From a virus, in IMG/VR virus record IMGVR_UViG_3300036761_001580, positions 69,198-133,197 of that record: DNA of 64,000 nucleotides, one strand, 5' to 3'. Under the pieces are notes generated by a model that saw nothing but the letters and a program-made list of their open reading frames with translations, had not been told where the DNA came from and did no database searches. This document shows positions 15,253-24,045 of the stretch, piece by piece; position 1 is the first letter of the stretch; each line of letters begins with the position of its first letter. The position numbers and the translations under genes are program-made.

Positions 15253-15647
15253 TGACCATCTGTAAAGTATGTCACCGAGAAGCTCTCTCCGGTCTGGTCT
15301 GCGATACCTGCTTCTCTACTCTTCTTGCTTCTCGGGGGCAGGTAGAGCGGATCGCCAAATCCATGGGTTGCGATCCGGCTCGGGTAGAAGAGGCTGTCGA
15401 CACCTTCTGCGAAGATGCGATCTTGTCAGCGAAGAGGTGCAACGAACTCGAAGAAGAGAACACGCGGCTACGGGAAGAGCGGGGCGACGACGACCCCGAC
15501 GTCTACTACCGGTCATGTCCCCGATGCAAGGGAAGCGGACAGGCCTACGGAGTGCAGGGGGCGTCTCTCCCGGGGATCGAATGCTGCGTGACTCCGGGAT
15601 ACACGACCTGCCCCGAGTGCAGCGGCACCGGCAGACAAAGGAGGTGA
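15252..15647 (+). CDS. Cys-rich protein (131 aa)
   Basis: ATGA overlap; multiple CxxC pairs (CKVCH, CDTC, CPRCKGSG, CPECSGTG). Confidence 0.6.
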   Translation: MTICKVCHREALSGLVCDTCFSTLLASRGQVERIAKSMGCDPARVEEAVDTFCEDAILSAKRCNELEEENTRLREERGDDDPDVYYRSCPRCKGSGQAYGVQGASLPGIECCVTPGYTTCPECSGTGRQRR

Positions 15648-15650
15648 ACG

Positions 15651-15845
15651 ATGATCCCAAAACGAAAGTACGGCAAGGATGTCCTGGACTGGCGGAAAGA
15701 GGCCAAGACCTGCCGCTTCAGATCCAAGGAGATCTCGAAGAATCCGTGGTGCACGTTCTGTTGCGGACTCCAGAGGTGCACTTACGAGCGTTGCCAGGAG
15801 ATCATCAAGGCGGGCGTGGCGGTTCCCGGCGATGAGGAGGTCTAA
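15651..15845 (+). CDS. hypothetical small protein (64 aa)
   Basis: RBS AAAGGAGGTGAACG-ATG. Confidence 0.55.
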   Translation: MIPKRKYGKDVLDWRKEAKTCRFRSKEISKNPWCTFCCGLQRCTYERCQEIIKAGVAVPGDEEV

Positions 15846-15848
15846 ACC

Positions 15849-16070
15849 ATGAGCCGCAAGGAGAACTTCGACCGGGACTCCTACCTCGGACCCACCTGGG
15901 GGTGGATCTTCAAGCGGTACAAGAACCCGAAGCTCGCGGACTTCTTAACCGCCCGGATCGCCAAGGTCCACCGGGACGGCTACTGCTGCACCAGCCACCT
16001 TCGCCTCGCGGAGGTGGGGAACGAGAAAGAGATGGAGGCCTACAAGGAGATCGCCGCCGAGGGCTGTTGA
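15849..16070 (+). CDS. hypothetical protein (73 aa)
   Basis: RBS GAGGAGGTCTAAACC-ATG. Confidence 0.55.
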   Translation: MSRKENFDRDSYLGPTWGWIFKRYKNPKLADFLTARIAKVHRDGYCCTSHLRLAEVGNEKEMEAYKEIAAEGC

Positions 16071-16169
16071 GGCAGCTTTGGACGTGAGTTCACGTTCACA
16101 GACCACGAAGACGGCGGCAGGGTTCGAAGGTTCAGGTACGGCTTCAACTACGGGCACTGAGAGCAGCCC

Positions 16170-16379
16170 TTGCAGGAGAAGCTCGCCAAGCTCCGCTGTC
16201 TAAGTTGCGGATACCATTGGGAAGATCACCCGGGTCCGCACTCGTCTTTCTGGACCAAGCCCGAAGATCAGAACAAGTTCTGCCCCAAGTGCGGCCACCT
16301 CTACGCAGTCTGGGAGAACTACTCAGAATTCTCGACCGCTTGGGAGGAGTACAACGCTACCCGGCACAGGAACTCCTGA
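16170..16379 (+). CDS. zinc-ribbon-like small protein (69 aa, TTG start?)
   Basis: CLSCGYHW...CPKCGH; start codon and RBS weak. Confidence 0.4.
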   Translation: MQEKLAKLRCLSCGYHWEDHPGPHSSFWTKPEDQNKFCPKCGHLYAVWENYSEFSTAWEEYNATRHRNS

Positions 16380-16695
16380 CGCAGCCCCTCTAAGCCTTTC
16401 GACCAAAAACCCGCACTCGGACAGCCTGAACGCCGGCAGGGCCTTAGAACGGCTCCTGGAGGGCTCAGAATGGATCGGGTATTGACTTAGGTGGGACCTT
16501 CGGAACCACCTTCCAAGGGCATGTAGTTATTTCCTTCGTACACCGACGATCTTCATCCCGAAAGGAGCAGGCAGACGACAAGGGCTTGACGCACCGAGCC
16601 TTCACCCGGGGCGGGACTGTAATCGGACGGGTGGGCTCGTCTTCGCGGATCATGAGCCCCATCATACAACTCTACGGTTTGGAAATGTAAAAAAT

Positions 16696-16763
16696 GGCCC
16701 CCGGCGGCGACAAGGAGAACACCGCCAGGGGCCGAGGGTAGTGGCCGGGTGACTATTCCGGCC
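16696..16763. terminator. Pair of GC-rich hairpins in the convergent intergenic region (putative bidirectional terminators)
   Basis: ggcccccggcgg-N14-ccgccaggggcc and ggccgg-gtgactatt-ccggcc between the + and - gene blocks. Confidence 0.3.
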
Positions 16764-16899
16764 TCCTCAGTGACAGGGCCGAAGCCCTTAGGGCATTCTG
16801 AACAGGTGCCCTGGTCCTGTGGGAGCGTGATGTCTCTGCGCTCCGTTCAGTGTTAAATATAGCCATGCCAAGGACGATGTCAAGAAGACCCTTCAGCTA

Positions 16900-17139
16900 T
16901 TAATGACTAAAAGGGGGGTCCCATGTGTCGCCCCGAACATCTTCTATAGGGGCCGTTGGGTGCTTTTGCACCACTTCAAAGTACGGATACTTCGTATCCG
17001 TCTTCTCAAATTTCTTGCACTGTGGACAAAAGAGCCCTCGGTCAGTACCCTCGTTGGAGTAATGACAGTAGTCCACCATATCTGTTCCGCAGTCACAAAC
17101 TGCGGTAACAACGAGTACACTAGTCTTCTTTTCCTTCAT
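16900..17139 (-). CDS. hypothetical Cys-containing protein (79 aa); low-GC patch
   Basis: ORF in ~48% GC region; CDCG...CPQC. Confidence 0.5.
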   Translation of the reverse strand: MKEKKTSVLVVTAVCDCGTDMVDYCHYSNEGTDRGLFCPQCKKFEKTDTKYPYFEVVQKHPTAPIEDVRGDTWDPPFSH

Positions 17140-17190
17140 CGATCTTCTCCTCGTGGGTTGGTCTGAACTATGAAGGGCGCTTCCAAGATC

Positions 17191-17379
17191 CTACTCCTTC
17201 TCGTGCGCAGGCACACCACGAAGGATGATGTCCTTCTTCGTGATCTTGCGAACACGGAACCGACCGCCGTTCACGTTGACGATCTCCCCCACTCGAAAGA
17301 CCGCCTTGCCCTCGGTATGGAGCTGCTTGTACTTCTCTTCGGAGATAGGCTCCAGACGTCCGGTATTAGGGTTCTGCAT
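17191..17379 (-). CDS. hypothetical small protein (62 aa)
   Basis: ORF with AGGAGGATCAAG-ATG RBS. Confidence 0.5.
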   Translation of the reverse strand: MQNPNTGRLEPISEEKYKQLHTEGKAVFRVGEIVNVNGGRFRVRKITKKDIILRGVPAHEKE

Positions 17380-17413
17380 CTTGATCCTCCTGCGTTGGAA
17401 AACGCCCTACAAT

Positions 17414-18340
17414 CTAGACACCGGGTTTGCTCTCCCTGATCGCTCGGATGGCCTCGACGATCAGATCGCACCTGCCCTGCGGTGGCACATTCTCCTCGAA
17501 GACCAACCCCAGCTCCGACATCACGTCGCACAGCACCCGCCGATAGGCCAGCATGAGATCGTCCGTTGTCATGTTGTGCCAGTCCTTCTCGACCGCAGCC
17601 TTGTATGCTTCGTCCTGCACCGCTTGTTCCGTCGTCTGCTTGAAGGTCGGCGGGATCTTCTCTGAGACGTTTCCGGACGGACAGCACGTCTCACACTGCG
17701 TGACCTTGAACCCGCCCTCGAAGATCTCATCCTTACCCGTGACAGGGTTCCCACAGCCGAAGCATCTCCGCTGCGCGAGCAACACGTCGGGATGACAACA
17801 CGATACCATCAGCGGGTCGCCTTCCTTCTCCGCGCTCACAGAGAGGCAATTGCAGTGCACCCCGAACTCCAGGCTGGACATGCTCGCCGTGAATTTGCCG
17901 TCCTTGGACTCAATCACACTGATCTTCATGTCGGGCTCTACCCCAACCTGTCCACTGCCCTCGTCGGTAGTGCCCTTCCAGCGCGCTATCTCTGCGGACC
18001 GCTCCTTGTCCCAGAGGGAGGACAACTCCTCCGCATTCACCGCCCGCGTCCAGAACTTACAGGAGTAGTGAGTCAGGAGATCCAGCCGCGTCCGGAATAC
18101 CTCCCGATTGAGCATCTCGACGATCTGCGCCGGGTTCGGGGTGGGGCCGATGGCGATCTGCGTCGTGCACTCGCACGCAGACCCGCCATGCTCATCCTTC
18201 AGGTCGCGTGTTCCAGATCCGATCACGACCCCAGTCCGAATTTCCTCCAGACTGTTTTCCCCCTCGGGAAGCACCCACACAACGGTTCCGAACTGCGGAA
18301 CCCAAACCGGATCATTCTCAGTCGTCGTCTGATTTTTCAT
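17414..18340 (-). CDS. hypothetical Cys-rich protein (308 aa)
   Basis: Long GC3-rich ORF; RBS GGGAGGATGCG. Confidence 0.7.
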   Translation of the reverse strand: MKNQTTTENDPVWVPQFGTVVWVLPEGENSLEEIRTGVVIGSGTRDLKDEHGGSACECTTQIAIGPTPNPAQIVEMLNREVFRTRLDLLTHYSCKFWTRAVNAEELSSLWDKERSAEIARWKGTTDEGSGQVGVEPDMKISVIESKDGKFTASMSSLEFGVHCNCLSVSAEKEGDPLMVSCCHPDVLLAQRRCFGCGNPVTGKDEIFEGGFKVTQCETCCPSGNVSEKIPPTFKQTTEQAVQDEAYKAAVEKDWHNMTTDDLMLAYRRVLCDVMSELGLVFEENVPPQGRCDLIVEAIRAIRESKPGV

Positions 18341-18379
18341 CGCATCCTCCCTTGTTGTGCGAACTCGTGTTCGCTGCTA

Positions 18380-18904
18380 TTAGTACTTCTCCGCCGGGCG
18401 TGTCTGCTGATACCAACTGCGCTGGTCGATGGGCACACCTTCGAGAAACAACCCCCATGCCTCCTCTGCGGTGTACGCCGAAACCCCCATTTGTTCTTCG
18501 GGGAAGAAGTATCCGGGTGTGGTCTCCTCACCTGGCTTGACGCATTTGAAATGCACCAGGAATTTCGACCTCTCGCCGCAATCCTCCGTGTGGGTATCTT
18601 CGAACCCCGTATCGGTGCTTATTCCGCCGCATGTGCATTCACGTTCCATTTCCCCCTCCTTCTGTTCTCCCCAGCACATATCCCAATTGTCGCGATTGGG
18701 GTTGTTCTCTTCCTCTTGCTCACGGAGCTTGGCCGTCTCTGGATTTCCAGGAATTCCGAGTTGCGGGTAGTCATCCCAGAACTTCTCGCTCAGTGCGTAG
18801 TGCTCCGCGTCGTCCAAGTAGACATCCCCTGGCTTCTCAACCGACCGCGCGGCACAGAGTGCGACGACATGACCATCGATTCGTCTGATTCGTATAGACA
18901 TCAC
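18380..18904 (-). CDS. hypothetical protein (174 aa)
   Basis: GC3-rich ORF. Confidence 0.65.
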   Translation of the reverse strand: MMSIRIRRIDGHVVALCAARSVEKPGDVYLDDAEHYALSEKFWDDYPQLGIPGNPETAKLREQEEENNPNRDNWDMCWGEQKEGEMERECTCGGISTDTGFEDTHTEDCGERSKFLVHFKCVKPGEETTPGYFFPEEQMGVSAYTAEEAWGLFLEGVPIDQRSWYQQTRPAEKY

Positions 18905-18971
18905 GTCACTCCATCATACCTTCGCAGCCAAAATCGCATTCAGGGTCCGATCATTCTTCGGGTGCTCAGAC

Positions 18972-19148
18972 TCACCGCAAGCCCCGGCGTATAGCGACCA
19001 CGGCCTCCCTCTGCACCCTCTGCGACTCCGACTCCAGTGGGTTAATTGGACAGATCCGCCCGGTGCCGTAGGCGCAGCGCTCTCCCACGAGGCGGCTCGT
19101 ACAAGATGCACCGTTGCATTCAACGACCTTGTTCGGTTTCGTTTTCAC
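18972..19148 (-). CDS. possible small Cys-rich protein (58 aa, GTG start)
   Basis: GTGA overlap with stop of 19145..19522; GC3 ~75% in this frame. Confidence 0.35.
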   Translation of the reverse strand: MKTKPNKVVECNGASCTSRLVGERCAYGTGRICPINPLESESQRVQREAVVAIRRGLR

Positions 19149-19522
19149 TTGTCGTTCTCCTTCCCGTCGAACTGTGCCAGATAGCGGCGAGCCGCGTCTC
19201 TCACCGCGCAGATTACACGCCCACCCAATGCCGTTGCGTCCCGGTACCAGACGGTATTGATCCCGCTGTCGTGCTCCGCGTCCAGCCACTCCGCGAACGC
19301 CTTCACCGCATCGGAGCGCGCGGCGGCGAGGGCGGATTCGCATTCCGCACCCAAATCGATCAACAACCCGTTACCCCGATTCAGTGCGGCCATTTGGAGA
19401 TGGAGTCGTTCGTTCTCCTCCTCCACCGCCGCAAGCTGCAACTCCAGGTCGGCGATGCGGGCTTCGTTCTCATTTCTGCTCAGAGTTGACATCCTGTCCC
19501 CGAATTCTGTCATTCCGCTCAT
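19145..19522 (-). CDS. hypothetical protein (125 aa)
   Basis: Internal ATG forms ATGA overlap with stop of 19522..19836. Confidence 0.55.
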   Translation of the reverse strand: MSGMTEFGDRMSTLSRNENEARIADLELQLAAVEEENERLHLQMAALNRGNGLLIDLGAECESALAAARSDAVKAFAEWLDAEHDSGINTVWYRDATALGGRVICAVRDAARRYLAQFDGKENDK

Positions 19523-19836
19523 CACATCCTCCTCGCCCACCCGACACTGTTCGGCCCATACAGTTCCCCCGTGGTTCGTATCGGTTGCACAAATGTGCCA
19601 CCCACCCACTTGCCGTCCGGATAGCGCTGTTGTATCACCTGCTCTCGCGACGGCCCTGTGATCGTCTGATACAACGCTTCGTTCTGCAACCCTCGGTATT
19701 CAGAGAACAGCTTCAAGAACTTTTCCTTGAGATGTTCGCGATACCGTTTCGTATTCGCAGTTCGCGCATGTTCAGCCAGTCGTTCCATCTCCGACTCGAT
19801 AGAATCCATGCGCTGTGAAATCTCCGCTCGCGTCAT
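19522..19836 (-). CDS. hypothetical protein (104 aa)
   Basis: GC3-rich ORF. Confidence 0.6.
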   Translation of the reverse strand: MTRAEISQRMDSIESEMERLAEHARTANTKRYREHLKEKFLKLFSEYRGLQNEALYQTITGPSREQVIQQRYPDGKWVGGTFVQPIRTTGELYGPNSVGWARRM

Positions 19837-19845
19837 CTGCCTCTC

Positions 19846-19929
19846 CTATCTCCACCAATGCCAGAAGAAAAACACCACCCAAATCGCCGTACATAACAGC
19901 ACGACGGAGACCTGGATTTCGGTACTCAT
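19846..19929 (-). CDS. possible 27-aa hydrophobic peptide
   Basis: ATGA overlap with upstream stop; RBS GAGGAAG; MSTEIQVSVVLLCTAIWVVFFFWHWWR. Confidence 0.35.
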   Translation of the reverse strand: MSTEIQVSVVLLCTAIWVVFFFWHWWR

Positions 19930-20570
19930 AGCTTCCTCGGCGGCTCTTCTGTCCATTCCGACGCGGGAGGTGTAAGATCGGGTGGATCGTACTTGTTGCA
20001 TGGCAAGATCATCCCCAATTTGCAATCCTCACATTCGATGATACACGAGTTGTAGTTCTTGCAGCCCAGACCCGTCCGCACGACCAACAACTTCCTTCGA
20101 ACGTTTGCCAGTTGAGCCACCAGCCCAGCAACCTCCTGCACCGTCTGATCCTGCACTGTGACCGACCGGTCGCGGAGCACATCATGGATGGCTTCGATCT
20201 TCGCCCGGAACTCGGCCAACGATTCGCCGTTCAGATCTGCACGTGCCCGCTCGTGTTCCAACTCTCCCGCGAGACGGCACCGGAAGTCGTGTTCCCGCTG
20301 CCTATCGCTACGGCACTCCGACAACTCCTTTTCGGCCCTGTCTCGCTCCTGCTTCACGAACTCCCAATCGGATGTACGATCTGCAAGCGCGGATGTTAGC
20401 TCAGTGACCTCCTCGTGTATACCAACCAGGAGTTGGCAGGCGGCGAACACGGGTTCTTCTGCTTCGATTTCCTCCTGTGTCGCGTCCGGCTCGACACACG
20501 GGTCGGTGTCTCCCATCGAGATGTCTAATAGACTCACGACGTGCAAAATCCGATCTGCTAGTGTACTCAT
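19926..20570 (-). CDS. hypothetical protein (214 aa)
   Basis: GC3-rich ORF. Confidence 0.65.
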   Translation of the reverse strand: MSTLADRILHVVSLLDISMGDTDPCVEPDATQEEIEAEEPVFAACQLLVGIHEEVTELTSALADRTSDWEFVKQERDRAEKELSECRSDRQREHDFRCRLAGELEHERARADLNGESLAEFRAKIEAIHDVLRDRSVTVQDQTVQEVAGLVAQLANVRRKLLVVRTGLGCKNYNSCIIECEDCKLGMILPCNKYDPPDLTPPASEWTEEPPRKL

Positions 20571-20591
20571 CTCACTCCTCCTCTAATCGAC

Positions 20592-20819
20592 TCAGCCCCT
20601 GTCGGCAGCTTCCCAGTACAGCTCGTCTTCGCGTCGGTCGTACTCGTCCTGGGCAGCTTCGTCTCGGGCAGCTTGTACCTTGGCGCACGTCTCCTCGTAG
20701 GGGCAGTCCTCGGCACACGTCTCCTCGTAGGGGCAGTCCTCGCACATCTCACAAGGGTAGTAGCCCTCGGGGTGGCAGCGGGAGCAGTCGAGCGCACCGC
20801 AGCAGCAAGGTTCACGCAC
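20592..20819 (-). CDS. Cys-rich small protein (75 aa) with in-frame 30-bp tandem duplication
   Basis: CPYEETCA(E/K) repeated; DNA duplication 20686-20745. Confidence 0.55.
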   Translation of the reverse strand: MREPCCCGALDCSRCHPEGYYPCEMCEDCPYEETCAEDCPYEETCAKVQAARDEAAQDEYDRREDELYWEAADRG

Positions 20820-20822
20820 GAC

Positions 20823-21623
20823 TCACCTCTCGATGATGGCGACGTAGAAGTACCCGCAGATCCGCAGGGCTTCCGCCACCTTCTCCGCGCCCTCGCGGCT
20901 GGAGAACTCGATCTCGCTGGGCTTCCCCTCGTAGAGGGTGTCCGTGATCTCCTTGGCGTCCTTCAGCCCGATATTGAGATGCTGGCGCAGCTCCTTGATC
21001 GCGTAGATCTGGGTCGAGGAAGGCTGACGCTGCGATCCCTCCACGCTCTTGTAGAGCCCGTCCGTCTTCGTGAGCTGGACGATGAACTTGGGGACCCGGG
21101 GGGCCTCGAAGCCGAACACCGTCTCGATGTACCCGAGATCCTGCATCGCCTGCTCCAAGGTCGCACCCTTCAGAGACGAAATGAGCAGGCTCAACGACAT
21201 GTCCGCGCGAGAGATTGCCGACTCCGCCGGGAGCATGTGGTCTACAGACGCTGGGCTGAGATCGAGCTTCTTGATCCCCACCACCCAGCTCGCGTACATC
21301 TGGAAGCGCCCTCTCAGATTGGCGATCTCGCTGGTCTTCCCCAACAGGGAGTACCTGTGCAACTGAAGATCGATCTGGTGACTTCTCTGGAGGTTGATCA
21401 GCTCGACTCGGTGGTCATCACGCTCCTGACTTCGGACTTGATTGCTGGTAGCCCAAGCCTCCGTCATGCACGAGAGCCGCCTGTCGAGATCCAGGTTGGC
21501 GAGGCTCACACGCTCGACCTCCTCTTTCAAGGACTCGATCTCCCTGTCGTAGTCGTCCCTCAGGATCTCCGAGAGCAGCCCATTGTCCTTCTTGGTCGTC
21601 TTCTTCTTCGTTGCCATACCCAC
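20823..21623 (-). CDS. protein with C-terminal ribosomal L7/L12 CTD-like domain (266 aa)
   Basis: C-term IKELRQHLNIGLKDAKEITDTLYEGKPSEIEFSSREGAEKVAEALRICG resembles bL12 CTD; class B promoter upstream. Confidence 0.6.
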   Translation of the reverse strand: MGMATKKKTTKKDNGLLSEILRDDYDREIESLKEEVERVSLANLDLDRRLSCMTEAWATSNQVRSQERDDHRVELINLQRSHQIDLQLHRYSLLGKTSEIANLRGRFQMYASWVVGIKKLDLSPASVDHMLPAESAISRADMSLSLLISSLKGATLEQAMQDLGYIETVFGFEAPRVPKFIVQLTKTDGLYKSVEGSQRQPSSTQIYAIKELRQHLNIGLKDAKEITDTLYEGKPSEIEFSSREGAEKVAEALRICGYFYVAIIER

Positions 21624-21656
21624 TCCTTGATAGCTTTAGCCCTGCTGAACTATATA

Positions 21657-21686
21657 GCCACTGTTGGGAAGGAAGTCAAGAAGTCA
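21657..21686 (-). promoter_or_regulatory. class B promoter (TTGACT-N18-TATATA on minus strand)
   Basis: revcomp: cttcTTGACTtccttcccaacagtggcTATATAgttc. Confidence 0.5.
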
Positions 21687-21962
21687 GCAGAACTCCTTGC
21701 CGGCACTCTTGGTATCGGAGGTGAGGCACTCGTCGAGCACATCTTGGAACTCCGCCGTGTTGTAGAGCCCGCCACGCTCGTCGAAGACCCCACAGATCTC
21801 GATCCGAGTCTTCAAAGACTTGGTCATCTTCTGCGCCCAGACGAAGTGCATCCGGCCCTCGTGAAGGAGGCACACCTTCCCGATGTGGAACTTAGGGTCT
21901 TCCAGGAGGTCAGACCGGCCCAACGGGAGATCACCAACGTAGTAGTTCGTGCCCATGATCAA
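21684..21962 (-). CDS. hypothetical protein (92 aa)
   Basis: GC3-rich ORF. Confidence 0.55.
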   Translation of the reverse strand: MIMGTNYYVGDLPLGRSDLLEDPKFHIGKVCLLHEGRMHFVWAQKMTKSLKTRIEICGVFDERGGLYNTAEFQDVLDECLTSDTKSAGKEFC

Positions 21963-22333
21963 CCCCTTACACCGATCCTGTTTTCGAGAAATTCGAGCTT
22001 GTCCTCCAGAACTGCGATGCGCTCCAGGAGCTTCTCCACGTACTCCGTGAACACCTCCGGGTCGAGGCGGTAGCTGGTTCCCGGCTCGTAGATCCCGCGA
22101 TGCACGAACCCGAGCTTCTCGGCCAGCTTGTTGAGCCTCGCCATCCGCTCATCTGCCCACTTGGCCTCCATCTCGTAGCGGAAGTCCCGAAGCTCTTCAC
22201 GAACGTCCTCGAAGCCCTCGGTGTCCTCTATGTCGAAGCACGGGTCCGAAGCCCAGCCCGCCTTCAGCTCATCGATCTCCTGGCGGTGAAGCTCCTCCGG
22301 CGTAGAAGGCACAACATCCTCAATATCGAACAT
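21959..22333 (-). CDS. hypothetical acidic protein (~124 aa)
   Basis: Internal ATG (MFDIEDVV) just after stop of 22335..22688; upstream track residues Arg/Ser-rich. Confidence 0.55.
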   Translation of the reverse strand: MFDIEDVVPSTPEELHRQEIDELKAGWASDPCFDIEDTEGFEDVREELRDFRYEMEAKWADERMARLNKLAEKLGFVHRGIYEPGTSYRLDPEVFTEYVEKLLERIAVLEDKLEFLENRIGVRG

Positions 22334-22334
22334 C

Positions 22335-22688
22335 TCAGCCACCGCAGACCTCCCTCCAGAGAGCCACGATCCCGATAGGCTCCCAGCCCCGGGAAGTGCC
22401 CTCCTCCAAGAAGGCATCCATGTCCACCGGGATGCCGTTCAGCATGGCAGACACGGCCTGGAGGCCCTTCGACTCCCATTTCAGGCGCTCTTGGTCCTCA
22501 CCCTCCGAGGACATGATCGTAGCCGCAACCGCAGCCCTGAACTTCTCATCAGGTGTGAGGACACCGATGCCGACCACACCCTCGTGAGCTTCCTTCATCG
22601 CAAAGCGCAGCTTCTCCTTTAAGGTGCCCTTGAAGTCCTTGAGGTGCTCTTTGAGCACAGACGCTTCGAGAATCAACACGTTCGACAT
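22335..22688 (-). CDS. hypothetical protein (117 aa)
   Basis: Downstream of an isolated class A promoter copy. Confidence 0.6.
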   Translation of the reverse strand: MSNVLILEASVLKEHLKDFKGTLKEKLRFAMKEAHEGVVGIGVLTPDEKFRAAVAATIMSSEGEDQERLKWESKGLQAVSAMLNGIPVDMDAFLEEGTSRGWEPIGIVALWREVCGG

Positions 22689-22718
22689 CTAGCCCTCCTT
22701 GTACTCGGACACAACCCC

Positions 22719-22747
22719 AATGTAACCACCCCAAGCGAGGTGTCAAG
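22719..22747 (-). promoter_or_regulatory. class A promoter cassette (isolated copy in late block, abutting IS right end)
   Basis: ccccaatgtaaccaccccaagcgaggtgtcaagacc. Confidence 0.5.
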
Positions 22748-24045
22748 ACCATTCGGATCGTGGTCACCGAAGTGAACTATCGTTGCTTACGCAACGATTT
22801 CCGCCTTCACCGGGACCCGCGACACGGAAGGCTTTCGCCCCCTGCGCCGACTGACAGTCCCTCCAGCGGCAGCCGCCCCAGCTCCTGAGGCAGTTACCGG
22901 AATCGCACCGGCCAAGATCATTCTCTTTGCTTCGTCTCGGATGTTGCACGCAGCGTTCTCGTCCCGGTCGTGTACGGACCCACAGTGCCGACAGGTCCAG
23001 TACCGTACCGACAACTTCATGCCTTCGTGAAGACACCCGCAAACGTTGCACATCTTCGTAGACGGATAGAAGCGGTTCGTCTTGATGAACCCCTTCCCCG
23101 CTCGCTCGGCCTTGTACTTCGCAAAGTTGGTGAACATTCCCCACCCAGCACTCGAAATTGCCTTTGCCAAGTTGGGGTTCTTCACCATTCCCTTCACATT
23201 CAAGTCCTCGACAGCGATCACTTGGTTCTCGTTGACCAACCGTCTGGACAGCTTGTGAACGAAGTCCTTCCGAGCGTTCTTTACCCGTTCGTGTACACGG
23301 GCTACCAGCTTCCGTGCCTGATCCCGGCTCTTCGAGCCCTTCTTCTTCCGTGACAGCTTCTGCTGCTTGCGCTTCAAGTTCCTTTCTGCCTGCTCCAGGT
23401 GCTTGGGGTTTTGAAAGTGGCTGCCTGTGCTTGTTACTGCGAAGTCCTTCAACCCCACGTCCATTCCGAGCACCGATCCCTCGAACGACACCACGGGCAT
23501 CGGAGCGCCGTCGTCGGTGAGTACTAATGCGTAGTAGTGGCCGCACGGTTCGCACTTCACCGTGACCGTCTTGATCTCGCCCACGATGGGTCGATGAATG
23601 ACGGCCTTGAACCATCCGATCTTCGGTAGAAAGACGCGCTTGGCATCGACCTTTACACACTGGGGAAACTGGATCGACTTCGGACCGAACTTGCTCTTGA
23701 AGCGTGGATATTTCCCCCGACGCTCAAAGAAGTTCACGAAGGCCCGCGACAGGTTGCGTAAAGACTGCTGAAGCATCTGAGCGTTAGCTTCTTTCAGCCA
23801 TTCGTACTCTTCTTTAAGAACTGGAAGACGTGCTGACATGCCCTCGTACCCAAGACCCTTACCAGTCTCCCTATACAGACGTTGCGTCTCGGCCAACGCA
23901 TCATTCCACACCCAGCGGGAGCATCCAAATTGCCGCGCCAACACTTGTCCCTGACATGCGTTTGGGTACAGACGAATTCGAGTAGCAGACAACATTGATT
24001 ACAGTATATCTAATTATCTGCAAAGTGCAACTCTTTTCCAGTACA
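22748..24045 (-). mobile_element. IS200/IS605-family TnpB-only insertion sequence (~1.3 kb)
   Basis: tnpB ORF; GC ~54% vs ~63% flank; right-end hairpins cgttgcTTAcgcaacg (stop codon in loop) and gacca-N9-tggtc; AT-rich left end 23996-24045. Confidence 0.6.
22787..23995 (-). CDS. tnpB: TnpB (OrfB_IS605 RuvC-like RNA-guided nuclease family), 402 aa
   Basis: Family-typical RuvC-like motifs (GMDVGLKDF, VAVEDLNVKGM) and C-terminal zinc finger (CNVCGC...CRHCG, RDENAACNI). Confidence 0.9.
   Translation of the reverse strand: MLSATRIRLYPNACQGQVLARQFGCSRWVWNDALAETQRLYRETGKGLGYEGMSARLPVLKEEYEWLKEANAQMLQQSLRNLSRAFVNFFERRGKYPRFKSKFGPKSIQFPQCVKVDAKRVFLPKIGWFKAVIHRPIVGEIKTVTVKCEPCGHYYALVLTDDGAPMPVVSFEGSVLGMDVGLKDFAVTSTGSHFQNPKHLEQAERNLKRKQQKLSRKKKGSKSRDQARKLVARVHERVKNARKDFVHKLSRRLVNENQVIAVEDLNVKGMVKNPNLAKAISSAGWGMFTNFAKYKAERAGKGFIKTNRFYPSTKMCNVCGCLHEGMKLSVRYWTCRHCGSVHDRDENAACNIRDEAKRMILAGAIPVTASGAGAAAAGGTVSRRRGRKPSVSRVPVKAEIVA

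Noticed and set aside
16071-16165. In-frame continuation after the stop of 15849..16070 (…EFTFTDHEDGGRVRRFRYGFNYGH) as readthrough product
   Set aside because: No start codon and no supporting signal. Most likely non-coding.
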